Shown piece by piece: positions 1-15,464 of a DNA stretch of 64,000 nt. Source of the DNA: the human T2T-CHM13v2.0 reference genome, Homo sapiens. Every line of letters begins with the position of its first letter. Positions within the stretch are counted from its first letter, which is position 1. The notes beneath the pieces were generated by a model. The model ran no database searches. It was not told where the DNA came from and saw nothing but the letters and a program-made list of their open reading frames with translations. The DNA is taken from NCBI RefSeq assembly GCF_009914755.1, contig NC_060938.1; one strand, 5' to 3'. The translations under genes were made by a program, and so were the position numbers.

Positions 1-95
1 GCCTGAGCCTAGGAGTTCGAGACCTGCCTGGCAATATAGTTAGATCCCATTCTCCACAAAAAGGAAAAAAAAAAGACAAAAAAATAAGTGTAACA
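1..95 (+). pseudogene. BC200 (BCYRN1) RNA-derived copy, 3' part; the 5' part lies outside the window
   Basis: GGAGTTCGAGACCTGCCTGG-CAATATAG..TTCTCCACAAAAAGGAAAAAAAAAAGACAAAAAAATAAGTGTAAC follows the BC200 order: Alu domain with ACCTGCC, A-rich domain, then the start of the unique domain (TAAGCGTAAC). Ordinary Alus lack this arrangement. Confidence 0.85.
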
Positions 96-359
96 ATTTC
101 CTCTAGTATGTTCATCCATAGTCATTTACTGTGTAATATTATGTAAGTATTACATTGGATTGAGTAAGGGAGATATTGAAATAGAAATCAAATATTAAAC
201 TGGAAATCATAGTAACAGAATAATTAAGTAATGTGAATCATAGTATTTCATCCTCTTACTTTCCCTTTACATCACATTAGCCTGGGAGCTTCTCAGAAAC
301 CTTATGGTTCAGAGGATCACACAATGAGGAAATGTCAGCTTCAAATTTTATCTCTAATG

Positions 360-522
360 CAGGACTGGTAACACAAATTTTGGGGCCCTGTGCAAAAACA
401 AATGTGACCCCTTGTTCAAATATTATTTAGAATTTTAAGCTAGCAACAATGGAGCGTTGAACTAAGAATGAGGCTCTTCTGCACAAAAACAATGCAAGTT
501 TTATGGGCATAAAGTTGGTCTT
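360..522 (-). mobile_element. MER91A-like hAT DNA transposon fossil
   Basis: CAGGACTGG..AAATTTTGGGGCCCTGTGCAAAAAC..CCCCTTGTTCAAA..AGAATTTTAAG resembles the reverse complement of the recalled MER91A consensus. Confidence 0.65.
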
Positions 523-1209
523 TCTCAAGTGCTAATTTTCCCTTAAGAATATTTGTATAATCCTGTTGGGGTTCTGAAAATGATATCTTATATGATACTT
601 TGGCATGCTGAACACTTTAAACTAAAATAGCAAGGCTTTAAAAGCTGTCTCAGAATCAAAGACTTTCAAATCTCTTGTTTCTCCTTCCCCACCCCACATC
701 ACTCCTTCAAGCACAAAGGGACTCCTGGAATTTTCTTATCTGACTAAAAAATTTTATTCTAAAAAAATGCAATTGTCTTAAGGTCCTCTCCCTAAGAATC
801 TCATCAAATAACCAAGAAAGATTAACCGCTGATGAAGAGACTAAAAGTTTGTCACCACCCACAGACAGACTTTCCATCTATTCTTCTGAGGGCAACTCTG
901 AGAGATTACCTGGGAGACTTTATTTGCCTAATAAGACAATCTCCTTTGTTCACAGGGAAGTTCTGTCCCTCACCTACTTGCTGCCTCCCCCGGAGCTCAG
1001 GGGAATTTTGTCCCAGGCCATAGCTCATGGGGCTTCTTCATTTCTCCTGAAAGTCATTTACTACCCCTTATAATTACCGATATCCATCCCCCCGAAAAAT
1101 CTTTCCTCTCCTCTATAAAGAAGGGATTTAAACCTCAACCATCTGGCACTTCTTTATATTTACATTACATATATTGAGACTGATATGTGTGAGACTCCTG
1201 TGTTCATAT

Positions 1210-2271
<1,062 letters not shown>

Positions 2272-2555
2272 ATATACACATTAATACATACGTATACCTT
2301 TCCTCCTATTAATCTGTCTCTTGTCAATCTTTCTAGTGAACCCTTCAGAGAGGACAGAAGGGAAGCTTTCCTGCCACCCCTACAATCCTTATGCAGATTG
2401 ACTACCAACCTTATAAAGTCTCATAGAAGTTTGTTCTTTTGTTTCATCATGTGTTATAACAATTTGTAATTACTTTCTATTTTCCTTATTAATTGAATAC
2501 CATTTGAGAGCAGAGTAAATGTCATATTTATTTCTCTTACTTGTTCAACAGTCTG

Positions 2556-2862
<307 letters not shown>

Positions 2863-2869
2863 TTGTTTT

Positions 2870-3360
2870 TATTTAAAATTTAAAAATAAGTAGCACATCA
2901 TATGATTCACAAAACACAATAACGTAAGAAAGGTATGTATTGCAAAGTCTTGGTTTCACCCTGCCCAATCCACTTGTTTCTAACTCATTCCCTACCTCCA
3001 TAGATAACCATTTTATTAGTTTGTGGGTGTATCCTTCTGTAGACTCTTTAAGCAAATGTGAGGGACATGTGAATATGTGTTTTTACCTCCCTTTTTTCTT
3101 ACATAAAAGTAATGTATTTTATGCACATAAAAATATTAATTAACAGATTGTTCTGAACTTACCTTTTTCAGTTACACATATATATTGAAGAATGTTTCAT
3201 ATCCTACTAGAGAATTTCCTCTGTGCCATAATTTTTTTAATCTGTTATAGATGGCTAGATATTTAAATTATTTCCAATTTCTTGCTATTACAATGTAGCA
3301 ATAAGTATATTTATAGATAGACAATTTCATTTATTAATGCATATTTGTAAAATAAATTCT
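2870..3360 (-). mobile_element. Ancient L1 (L1ME-type) 3' fragment
   Basis: Degenerate L1ME antisense motifs such as ATAGATAACCATTTTATTAGTTTG and TTCCAATTTCTTGCTATTACAA. Boundaries approximate. Confidence 0.45.
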
Positions 3361-4532
3361 TTCCTATGCTTTTCAAAGTCTGTTTTTCATCTTGTCCTCT
3401 TTTAATTCAGACTTAATTTCTGATACAGCTTTGAGTTTTTAAAAAATTATTTTTCAAAAATTTAAACATTTTCCCCTAATATTATCTGTGTGTATCACCC
3501 GTAAGGGTTTGCATTTCTGTTTTGAGGGCTTATTTCTTAGTAATAATTTCAGTAAGGTATTTTGTTTTGTTTTTAAATCAGATTGGAATATTTGGCTTAT
3601 GCTTTTGTATGCCTTTCAAATGAAATATTCTTGTAGTGAGTTTTATATTTATTCATTGTTTGGATGCTACTTATTCACATTTTTCTTATAGTATGTCTTT
3701 AGGTGTATTGGTTCTCTTTTTGATATATATGTTTAAATATATTAAAAGTTCCTGGATTATATATGGATACAAGTTTCCATTAAAAGGGTGCAGGGGCCGT
3801 GGACTTTATTAGGTATCTCTATTCAAGTCTTCCTCTTCTTTTGCTATAATGACATATTTTTCATTAAAAAATGGTTGTTCTGTGTGACTACGTCACTTTT
3901 TCTATCACTCAGGATCTAATCTTGATTAGAAGACCTTTTATTATTAACCATAAATTTTCTGAAGCCCTGGGATAACATGGGAAATGCCCCCTGTTTTTAA
4001 AATGCTCTATTACTTAAAAAAAAAAAAAATCTTTCTGCCATAGGACCAATCTTGGACCCGCAAGTTTCCCAACTCTTTTTCCTCAACTTCTATATCCCCA
4101 GTGACTGAAAACTATTGTATGGTACAAAAAGTACAAACGAGAGCTCAAAGATGGGCTTTGATACCTAAGGAAAATTAACCACAGCATTTAGTAAAACATA
4201 GCTAATCCTGGAGATCAGATTTTGTGTAACTGTAGTAAGAAGATGGACAGTGTGGAAAAAGCATTGGAAAAGGAATAGAAGTGTGGAACATGTGGCTTTC
4301 ATTTAAGAATGAAAAAAACGGGAAGAAAGGAAGGATTTTTCCTTTCCGCCACCTGGTGCATGATGAAACTGAATAAATATTTGTTAAACAAAATTTATTT
4401 AGGGCATATTTTAGCATGTAGGACATTTTTAAAAATATGTCCAAAAATTAATAAAATCACCTTTGAAGACTTGACTCAGGAACTTTATTTTTATGTAATT
4501 TTCCTCTTCTGACATTGCCATTTTGTTCATAC

Positions 4533-4830
4533 TTTTTTTTTTCTTTCTGAGACAGGGTCTTACTCTGTAACCCAGGCTGGAGTGCAGTGGCGCAATCTTG
4601 GTTCACTGCAAACTCTGCCTCCTTGGTTAAGCAATTCTTGTGCCTCAGCCTCCCGAGTAGCTGGGACTACAGTTGAGTGCCACCACCCCTGGTTAATTTT
4701 AGTATATTTTGTAGAGACGGGGTTTTTGTCTTGTTGCCTAGGCTGGTCTTGAACTCCTGAGCTCAAGGGATCCACCCGCCTTGGCCTACCAAAGTGCTGG
4801 GATTACAGCAGTGAGCCACCGCACCCAGCC
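4533..4830 (-). mobile_element. AluJ/early AluS
   Basis: Reverse Alu with GAGACAGGGTCT and CCTGAGCTCAAG (J-type) motifs. Confidence 0.93.
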
Positions 4831-5564
4831 TCTTTCTTAACTATGCTCTGAACATATATTACTAAAACAAACCTAGTAGTTTCTTGATCTAGAAAACTCT
4901 GACCTATCTAACACTCCGCCTTTGTATAGACATATTTTGTTGTTTGTCTTCCAAAATCAGGCCCTTTTGTATAAAAATCCCAACTAAGGGGTTGAAAGAA
5001 GTAGACAGGAGCTCATTTTCATTAGAAGACATATTTTAAAAGCATCTAAAGGCAAAGTTATATGAATATGATTAATCTCCGTAATGTTGTATATAATCTA
5101 CAATTGGTCAATACCATACATTATAAGAATATCTTCATATTCCCCTTCTACAATTATGGTATCTCTATCCTCAGTACCATTTAGTGGAAAAATAGAAAAT
5201 AATAGTAACCACAAAAATAAAATTTAAACTCACAGAAGTATAATTTATCATTTGGATAGATTCGATAAGCAACCAAAGTTTAATCGGCTAAGAATCTATA
5301 TTTATAGTATCTCCTTTTGACCTCTGGTTGCATGGAAGAGTTCTCATCCAATCCTGTTGATATGTTATTTTGAAGTTAGAGAGCAGCTAAGCAGTGAAGT
5401 ATGGGGCCCTACAATGGAGTAGAACTTCCACATGAAACTGTGGAAGAATAGATGGTCTTATCGAGAAAGATGGTTCTGCCCGTGAGTTGATGGTGAAATC
5501 AGGCTGAAAGCAAAAAAGCCAAACATTGATACAAATAAATGAATATTAAAAATGGAAACAACCA

Positions 5565-5904
<340 letters not shown>

Positions 5905-5983
5905 TTATAAATAAGGAAATTTAAGTCCAAGTGTTTCATTTAAGATCACACAGCAAGAAAATGACAGAAAAAGGACTTAGGGC

Positions 5984-6418
5984 TGTGTTAGTCCACTTTT
6001 GTGTCACTATAAAGGAATACCTGAGACTGAGTAATTTATAAAGAAAAGAGGTTTATTTTGGCTCACATTTCTGCAGGCTGTACAGGAAGCCTGGAGCTGG
6101 CTTCTTCTTCTGGTGAGGTCTCAGGAAGCTTATAATCATGGCAGAAGGTAAAGGGAAAGCAGGAGATATCACATGGTGAGAGTGGGAGCAAGAGAGATGG
6201 AGCAAGAGAGAATGAGGGGGCAGGAGCTACACTCCTTTAAACAACCAGATCTCATGTGAACTCTCTGAGAACTCACTCATTGCTGTGAGGAGGGCACCAA
6301 GCCATTCATGAAAGATACTCCCCTAAGACCCAAACACTACTCTACATGCCGAGTCTCCAACACCAGGAATTACATTTCAACATGAGATTTGGAGGGGACA
6401 AGCCTCCAACCTACATCA
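5984..6418 (-). mobile_element. MSTB-like MaLR solo LTR
   Basis: TGTGTTAGTCC..TATAAAGGAATACCTGAGACTG..AAGAGGTTTATTTTGGCTCAC..CATGAGATTTGGAGGGGACA..ATCA. Confidence 0.88.
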
Positions 6419-7109
6419 TTGTCCATCTACTCAGGTACTTTGCATGTCAAAATCCAAACTTCTTTGCCACATGGGCTCTCTACTAACAGGCTCTAGAATA
6501 AGCAAATTTGGACCACAACAACAACAACAAAAAAGCTGGGAGATTCTATTATATGTAATGTTTTGTGAAAAACACATAATGAGGTTCGGAGAGCGTAAAG
6601 AACTAGGTCCAGCTAGATTTCAAAATTCCATGTCCAAAAATGAAGTCAACATAGTTCCTCAAACATTTATGTTTGCTATATGTTCCTTTTCTCATGAGAA
6701 ATACTGGCAGCTCCCCTACTTCAGAAACAAAAACTAAGAAGTTGCCCCTGAGTTTTCCCTCATGTATGTTATGCATTATAAGTATCATCAAACTCTATGT
6801 TCCAACATCCTGTAGAAATCTCAAGCCTGGACACTTCTCGTGATTACCACTGTAGTACACTATTTAAGCAAATCATCATGTCTGGATTACTACAATAGCA
6901 TCTCAGATGCCTCTCCCTCCCTCCCTCCTGACTTGGGTATTTCCAGGCTCAACCAATTCCATATCCTAGATTGAAGATAATTTTTTAAGGCTAGTCTTAC
7001 CATGTGACTCTCCTGTTTATAATCTTTATCAATTCCTTTCAGGATAAGATCCAAATGATATAATGTATAATTAGGAAACAGTATATCTCAAATTTCTCTG
7101 ATGTAGGTA

Positions 7110-7210
7110 AGAAAGTATATCCAAGGGTTGACCAGTGGGTGGAGATGACCAGTTCAGATTTGGACATTTATAATTTGAAGTGCTTATGGGATATCCAGTT
7201 GGAGATGTCC

Positions 7211-7212
<2 letters not shown>
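7110..7212 (-). mobile_element. L2 fragment
   Basis: AGTTCAGATTTGGACAT..TTTGAAGTGC..GGGATATCCAGTTGGAGATGTCCAG is a typical L2 antisense motif. Confidence 0.6.
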
Positions 7213-7256
<44 letters not shown>

Positions 7257-7262
7257 GTGTGT
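7213..7262. repeat. (GT)n microsatellite, about 25 units with one interruption
   Basis: Read directly from the sequence. Confidence 0.98.
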
Positions 7263-10200
7263 CTGTTTTAACTGGCCTTTCAAACAAGAAAGAAACCAAG
7301 CAAATTTATTCAAAATAAAATACTAGTAACACTTATCACCCATTGCAGGAGCATTTCTTTGCATTAAATAACATGAGGGAAATATTAATTCATACACATA
7401 AAGGAATTTCAAAACATAGCACCTCAAGCACAATAGAATTGAGTTGGAAAGGTATTTTTAAAGGGTAGGCCTTGGCCCTTCTAATCATGCTGCTTACGTA
7501 TTTTATACATGCGGTAAAAGGCACTGGTTTCAGAGAAGCTACTGTAAAATCCACCATGGCCGAAACATGCAAATCAGCACAGAATGTTTGCTGGAGGGTA
7601 AGTCAGAGCAATGCCATTGAAGTAGCCTCTATATGCATGTCTCATTGGTGACATCTTGATCTCCATTAATCAATTCCTATTTGAGATAAATGCATCTGCT
7701 TGTATCTCAAAAGACTAGATTCACGGAACCGTGACTAAGATATTTCATAGATGCTCTCCAAGGACTTTAAAAGGCAAAACGACAGGAAATTTACTAAATC
7801 CATACAGCTAACCTGAAGAAAAGGTTAAGCAAAATTCAGAAGCTTCTCAATCTTCTTTTATAGTCTGAAAATTTTAATAAATGATGCCCTAAATTTGTCC
7901 AAAAATTTCTAGAGATATGATTTATTACATGATGTCTGTATTAAATGAGACTTCTAAAAGGTGCTAATTTCTGTTTTAGAAAATAATATATAGCACAATT
8001 TCATTCCTCCATTGAACAGACCCCTCTAAATATTTAAAAAGCAGAGATTCTCTGTTTAGGAAGAACTGAACAAAAAATATCTGAGAAAATAAGAGAAAAA
8101 TGCTAGGATTTTTATATAGAATGAAGCACTACAGAATTTTGCTTACAATTATGCATAGAGCTCCTAAGGGCTACAGATGACATCTTTACCTCAAATTGTT
8201 TCTCTCCTAAATCATTGATAATAGAAGCCCCAGGCATTGTGGATTAAACTCTGAAGCTCACTGCACATAAACTCGAAGGGGTATTATTTTCATGGTTCAG
8301 TTAACAAAAGAAGTGAAACTCACACCATTATTTGACTTGCTTAAAATTACCCTTTTTGTATTTTAAGCTCTCCTATCCCATATATTTGCAATTATTTGGC
8401 CCTTAGCACTCTCTTTGAAACTCTTCTCCTCTGCCTATTTCTCTTCTTGTTCCTGATGACATTTTTTACTCCATAGCTTCTAGCTATCCCTCAACCACAA
8501 AGGTAGTTGAAGCAACATCCAAAAATACCAGCTCCCAGGAGCTGTTAGTTCTGTGCTTGGAGTATAAAATGGGTCTCAGGCCTGGGTAATAACTGAATTC
8601 ATGAATCTCAATTCCCAGATGACATTAATAGCAGCATAGAGCAGGAAGCAGAGTTATGTTAATTTCCGCAGGTAATGCGTGAAAGCAGATAGGGAAAGCT
8701 TGAAAGGTCAACATCTGCTGTCATGCAGGAGTGTTGCAAAATGTGATTGGCCAGTAAATGTCAACACCATGTTCTAAAATCTACATGCCACCCTTTCAAT
8801 TTAATCGTAGCTTGCAGCCCAGCTAACAATCATGCAGCATGTTTCAAAAGCTCTTGAATTCTAAAATGGAATTGTATGATTGCATTCCCATGGCAATAAG
8901 ACACCTGTAAATTACAAACTTGTCATTTAATCAGCATAAATGTAGGGAGTTTGTGCAACCACTGTGAATTTTTTTTGTATCTATTTTCAGGGACGGCTGA
9001 AGACCTCTTAATGATTATATACCATAACGAACTGCAGGTCTAACTGTTGCCGTGGCATTACGTACTTTTTTTTTTTCTTTTAAAGAAGTGACTGGAATGA
9101 GAGCAGATAATGAATCTAATTGATTGTCCTCTGCTCCACACAGATATGCTTTATATTCTCTCCCTTTTGTGTTCTTCCTCCCTTTCACTGCAGATTGGAT
9201 TCACAGGTATGCATTTGTTCAGTGACAAGAATGGCTCTCATCCAGACCATCCCCCCACCTTAAAAAATTGAATAAATATAAAATAGTCTGCTTTGAAAAA
9301 TGTCTATAACAAAAAGGTATATGTATAAAGAGCATAGAAGAAAAAAAATTACACTCACCATACACACTGTCAGATGAAATCAGTAAGAAGCAAGACAATA
9401 GGTTTTTCTCAAAAACTAAGGTATAGTCTTGTAGGCTCAGTATCCACAGTTATGCATAGGTTCTTTTTAATTAAATGAAAACTAAGTTAGAGAATCTAAA
9501 ACTTCCCAGATATTCAAATTGAATAAATCACCAGCATATTTAATATGTAACTGGATTTTTAAAATATCATTATTATTAACATGTATTTGCCAACTAGAAG
9601 CTGGCAAATATGTATTCATAATTTACAGCACAAAGAACAAAATGTAATATAATTAACTATTATTTTTAGGCTATGAAATATGACCAAATAGAATTTTTAC
9701 AGAGAGTATTTTAGCCTGAGTAATTATTTTGGACAGAATAACAAATACTTGGCTTCAGAGTTTACAATCCTCCTACCTCTGTATACTTACATTTATAGAT
9801 CATAGGTATAGAGAAATAGTCTGCATAATTTTCTATTCAATGATTCCTGAAATAAAAATCTATAGCTGCATGAATTCATTCATTTGGGAGACGTGTCCAA
9901 AGTCACAGAATCAAGTGAGGAGCCTGGCTAGATCCCAGCCTTCCTGATAGTTTCATTAAGTGCACTTTCTAGTACTGAAGAATGCAGCTGGTATTATTGT
10001 ATCTCTCAAATTACAATACATAAATAAAATTTAAAAAGATATATTTTTCTCTCTTAAGAAAATTAATGTAGACATGTATCACCTGAGTTGCTGCTTAGTA
10101 TCTGTAAGTTATGCCAGAGCATAAATAATATGCTGACATTTAATATTAGGTATTCCTAGTAGAGTTTACAAAAGTTTATATTAGAAAATGTAATATGGTT

Positions 10201-10311
10201 TTTAAAAGAAAAGAATGACCAAAGAATTAAAAATCACATTATAAAATAACTCTTTTATCTCAAAAACATTGAATTATAACATGCTATCTCCTTGATTTTA
10301 TTGGCAACTTA

Positions 10312-10644
<333 letters not shown>

Positions 10645-11619
10645 GAATCTAATGCCTGCCTGAGAACATGTAAATTGTAGTTTTCTTTGTTTCAGTGATC
10701 ATGTTACTAAAGGTGATGTACTAAAGATGCCCATCTTTTATTCTGCTCAAACACTTGTTAAGAACATATAGTACTTGGTACATCTTTCCACTTTCTACCA
10801 TTAATTAGTCAGCCTGTTTTCAATTATGCTAAGAAACCTACTAATCCAAGTGTGAAAGTAGGTGCTAATTGCTTATATCGGCAAAGTGGGCCATATTAAC
10901 TCTCTGTTGATGGTTCATGTCTAATCCAAGAGTATGACTGATTTCACCTCCCCTGCATAGCCAGCTAACAAGAAATGCTTTCATGCTTAAACCGCAAAAA
11001 GCCATTAAAATACATATGCACGTTGAAATAAATAAAGCACAATGACATATTTTATCATTCTTCCAAATAAAAAAAGTGCACCAAGTCATATTAGTCACCA
11101 AAAGCATGATCAGTGACATAAGAATAATTATTTCCTTTTTGAAAAAAGTAAAGAAAATTGGAAGAAATTCCACTGAATTTTTGAAGATGTTATGGCAAAT
11201 ATTTTAAAAAATTATGAAAGCCTGCTAGTTACTGAAATTGTCAGATATAGCTTCCTTGTGTTATTCTTTTGTAGTTGAATACTTATCAATATACTACAAA
11301 ATTTGATCTGAAATATTTCAAGGAAATGCTTTGTTGTAAACTACCTCAAATCTCACATATCGTCAGTTCTTTCTTACATGATGGCAACTCCTAAATTTGT
11401 ATCATATCTTCTTTTAAGTTCCATATTACAACATCCACATGAAATCTGTCTCAGATATTTTCCCAAGAACCTCACACTCACCACATGTAAAATGAAATTA
11501 AGTACTTTTTGTCTCCTTCTTCTTTTAATTTGTTGCATTACTTGCTGATATTACCTTAACCTAAGGCATGAAACTGTAGTCATTTTTGCTTCCTTCTTTA
11601 GATTATTCCCCACATAGAA

Positions 11620-11954
11620 CATATGTCCCCAGCATTTGGCACCAGGGATGAGTTTTATGGAAGACAGTTTTTCTATGGACTGGGGGTGGGGTGGGGGTTG
11701 GGAGGGAATGGTTTTGGGATGAAACTGTTCCACTTCAGATCATCAGGTATTACATTCTCACAAGGAACGTGCAACCTAGATCTTTAGCATGTGCAGTTCA
11801 AAATAGGGTGTGTGCTTCTATGAGAATCTAATGCCACATGACAGGAGGTGGAGCTCAGGCCATAAAGGTCTCTTGCATACTGCTCACTTCCTGCTGTGTG
11901 GTCTCATTCTATGGCTCCAGTACTGGTCAATGGCCTGGAGGCTGGGGATCCTTG
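11620..11954 (+). mobile_element. MER1B (hAT-Charlie)
   Basis: GGGATGAAACTGTTCCACTTCAGATCATCAGG..GCAACCTAGATC..GAGAATCTAATGCC. Degenerate 8-bp TSD ACATAGAA/CCATGGAA. Orientation tentative. Confidence 0.85.
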
Positions 11955-12123
11955 CCATGGAATATACATAAGAATAATGACGACAGTAATGCCAAAGTTG
12001 AGGTGAGTAAAGAGATCTGAGTAAATTTCTTATCTTGTAAATATATTATTCTAAAGGACTAAGAAAACAGATAAATTTCCCAATTTGATAGGGAGACTTC
12101 CTTATTCAAATGTTTTAAAGAGT

Positions 12124-12680
12124 CTGGATATATACCCAAAGGAACATATATCATTCTATTATAAAGACACCTGCACACATATGTTCATTGCAACACTATT
12201 CACAATAGCAAAGACATGGAATCAACCTAAATGCCTATCAGTGATAGACTGGATAAGAAAAAAAAAATGTGGTATGTATACACCATGGACTACTATGCAG
12301 CCATGAAAAAGATTGAGATCATATGCTTTGCAAGGACATAGATGGAGCTGGACACCATTATCCTAACTAAACTAGTGTAGGAACAGAAAACCAAATACCA
12401 CATCTTCTCACTTATAAGTGGGAGCTAAATGATGAGAACTTATGAACGCAGAGAGGAAAACAACACACACTGGAGTTTATCAGAAGGTGTAGGGCGGGAG
12501 GAGGTAGAGGATCAGGATAAATAACTAATGGGTACTAGGCTTAATACCTGGGTAATGAAATATTCTGTACAGCAAACCCAATGACACAAGTTTACTTAGG
12601 TGAGAAACCTGCACATGTACCCCTGAACTTAAAATAGAAGTTAAATATATATATATATTTATTTATTTATATAAAAAATA
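12124..12680 (+). mobile_element. 5'-truncated older L1PA (L1PA13-like) 3' end
   Basis: ORF2 C-terminal remnant ([26 protein letters not shown]), 3'UTR ..GGGTACTAGGCTTAATACCTGGG..CCCCTGAACTTAAAATA, and an AT-rich tail. Confidence 0.9.
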
Positions 12681-13464
12681 GAGCCATGCATTTTCCCATA
12701 GAGCATTAAACTTATTTTATGATTTAAATTTGAGTATTGCCAAATTTTATTGTCAAATGTCTCACACAAGCATATATACACAAACACACACTCATACATA
12801 TCACACATAAACACACGCTTGCCTAAATATGAAAGGACAATGATCCTAGATTAAACTATCAAAGTGCCGCTAGCTACATTTTTAATCTTCTGCAGTTTAG
12901 AAACATCTTCAAGAATCCTGTCCCCTTTCCTCGTCTAGCACAGAAGATTGAATGGATCTCCTAACTATACTGATGATAAGAAGAGAAAGATAAACCAGAG
13001 AAGTCATTCTTGCCTTTAGGGATTCACCTGGTAAATTGCTGCTTAAAGAGTGCTGTCAATAAGTTAACTTCTTTACTGTCGGGAGCAATTCTCTACTGGC
13101 GGTAAGATGGACAAGATGACCTAACAGATCTTTTTTCATCTCAAGATTCAAAGTTTCTTTTCAAGGAACTGTGACTGAAGAACAGAAACAGTGTTTAGGA
13201 TCCGCCCACAACATTTTAATTTTAAAATAATTCACATATTATTTGCGTTTTTAGTGAACCGATTTAAATTCTCTAAAAGTAATCTTTCCTTACTCACATA
13301 TTGCCTTGCTGTGTTTATTTTTTAAATAATGAAATATTTAAGAGATATTGCACAATTTAATACTACAGGATGGAGATTTCTTCTCGTACTCTTTTTGTTT
13401 CCAGCACCCATGTTACCTTAAATGGAGGACTTTTCCTCTTCCATTTCTGTATCTTTTAGTCAGC

Positions 13465-13745
13465 AGACAGATATAGTGAAATGGTTAAAAGCACTGACAT
13501 TAGAACCAGGTTGGGTTTTTAAATCTGAATCCTCAGCCTATTACATGTGTGATCTTGGACAAATATCACCCACCTCTCTCTGCCCCAGTTTTTTTAATCT
13601 GTAAAACAGAGTTACAGAGAGACCTCCTATCTCATGTGGCTTCTCTCTTAGGTGGCTGTTACGAAGATTAAACGAGTTAATAGATGTAAAGCATGTAGAA
13701 GGCTCCCTGGCATGTACTACATGTTTGTAAGAGTTTGCTACTGTG
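13465..13745 (+). mobile_element. MIR SINE
   Basis: Core TGTGTGATCTTGGACAAAT..CTCTCTGCCCCAGTTTT..ATCTGTAAAA and 3' GAAGATTAAACGAGTTAATAGATGTAAAGCA. Confidence 0.8.
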
Positions 13746-13860
13746 GCTACTATGGCGATGAGGATTATTATTATTATTGTGGCAAATGTTATTAAATGCA
13801 CTGTTCTTAGAATTGTTAAATTATTCTCCAATTACATACATTTTAAAAAATCAGTTTTAG

Positions 13861-14153
<293 letters not shown>

Positions 14154-14694
14154 TCAGTTTTAGAAAGCATGTCAAGTTAGTTTCCATGTTTGATGGGTGG
14201 CTCAGTGGTTTGTGCATTATCTTGCTAAGTTAGAATGGTAAAGTTTTTTGAAATAGAGACTTGAAAACCATAGAGAACTTTGTAATTTAAACCATGAGGT
14301 GAACTTGCACGTGTGAAGGAAATGATAATTGTGTGCCACCATTACTTCTCCTGTATCATGGCGCTTCTCAAATAGCACGCATAGAGTTACTGGAGACATC
14401 AATGTAGCACATGGTGAGAACAAACAAGATCTCATTGGTTTTAGAAAGATTATATTTTGAGTGGTTTCATAGATGCATTTTTATTAAATTAATATGTTAT
14501 TTATAATGACTTACAAAAACGTTTCACATTTCTACCAGCTTTAAATTCAGTTGACCATCAGAACTTCACTTCCTTTCTGAGGTTGTCCTCACTGGCTCTA
14601 ATGGGAATGTGATTGCCATTGCATTGTGGGAGCTCACTACATCCCCAGGTGCATAACTTACTTATGGAATTCTCTGTTTAGAGACTGAGCATTT

Positions 14695-14826
14695 CATTGA
14701 TTAGACTGTGAACTACTTATGAGTAGTAACAGCATTTCCTTAATCTTTGCAATTCTTAGCATCTAACGTACTTCTTGGTATAAAGCAGGTTTCAATAAAA
14801 GTTTATTGAATGAGTAAATGAATGAA
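14695..14826 (+). mobile_element. L2 3' end
   Basis: ATTAGACTGTGAACT..TCAATAAAAGTTTATTGAATGAGTAAATGAATGAA. Confidence 0.75.
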
Positions 14827-15110
14827 TTCATCTAATATGACTCTCAAAATTGATTTTTAAAATTATTCCTCCATTGTGATGATGATATGGTCATCTGTAC
14901 TCATGCCTTTTAATATTGAGAAAGAAAAAAGTGAAATCATAGCACATGACTTAGTAAATACGAATTTATGCTATATAACTGAGATTTGCCTTTAAGGTTC
15001 ATCAGCTCTCACAGATCCAATATATGGTCACATTTAGTGTACGAAATGTCAATTTGATCCTGGAAATTATTTCTGTTGCTGCCATATAATTGATTGTTAT
15101 AAAATTTTCT

Positions 15111-15464
<354 letters not shown>

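Noticed and set aside
8991-9037. Exon candidate after CTATTTTCAG (frame GTAEDLLMIIYHNELQ)
   Set aside because: The donor GTCTAA is weak, and joining it to the 7556 ATG exon gives an early stop.
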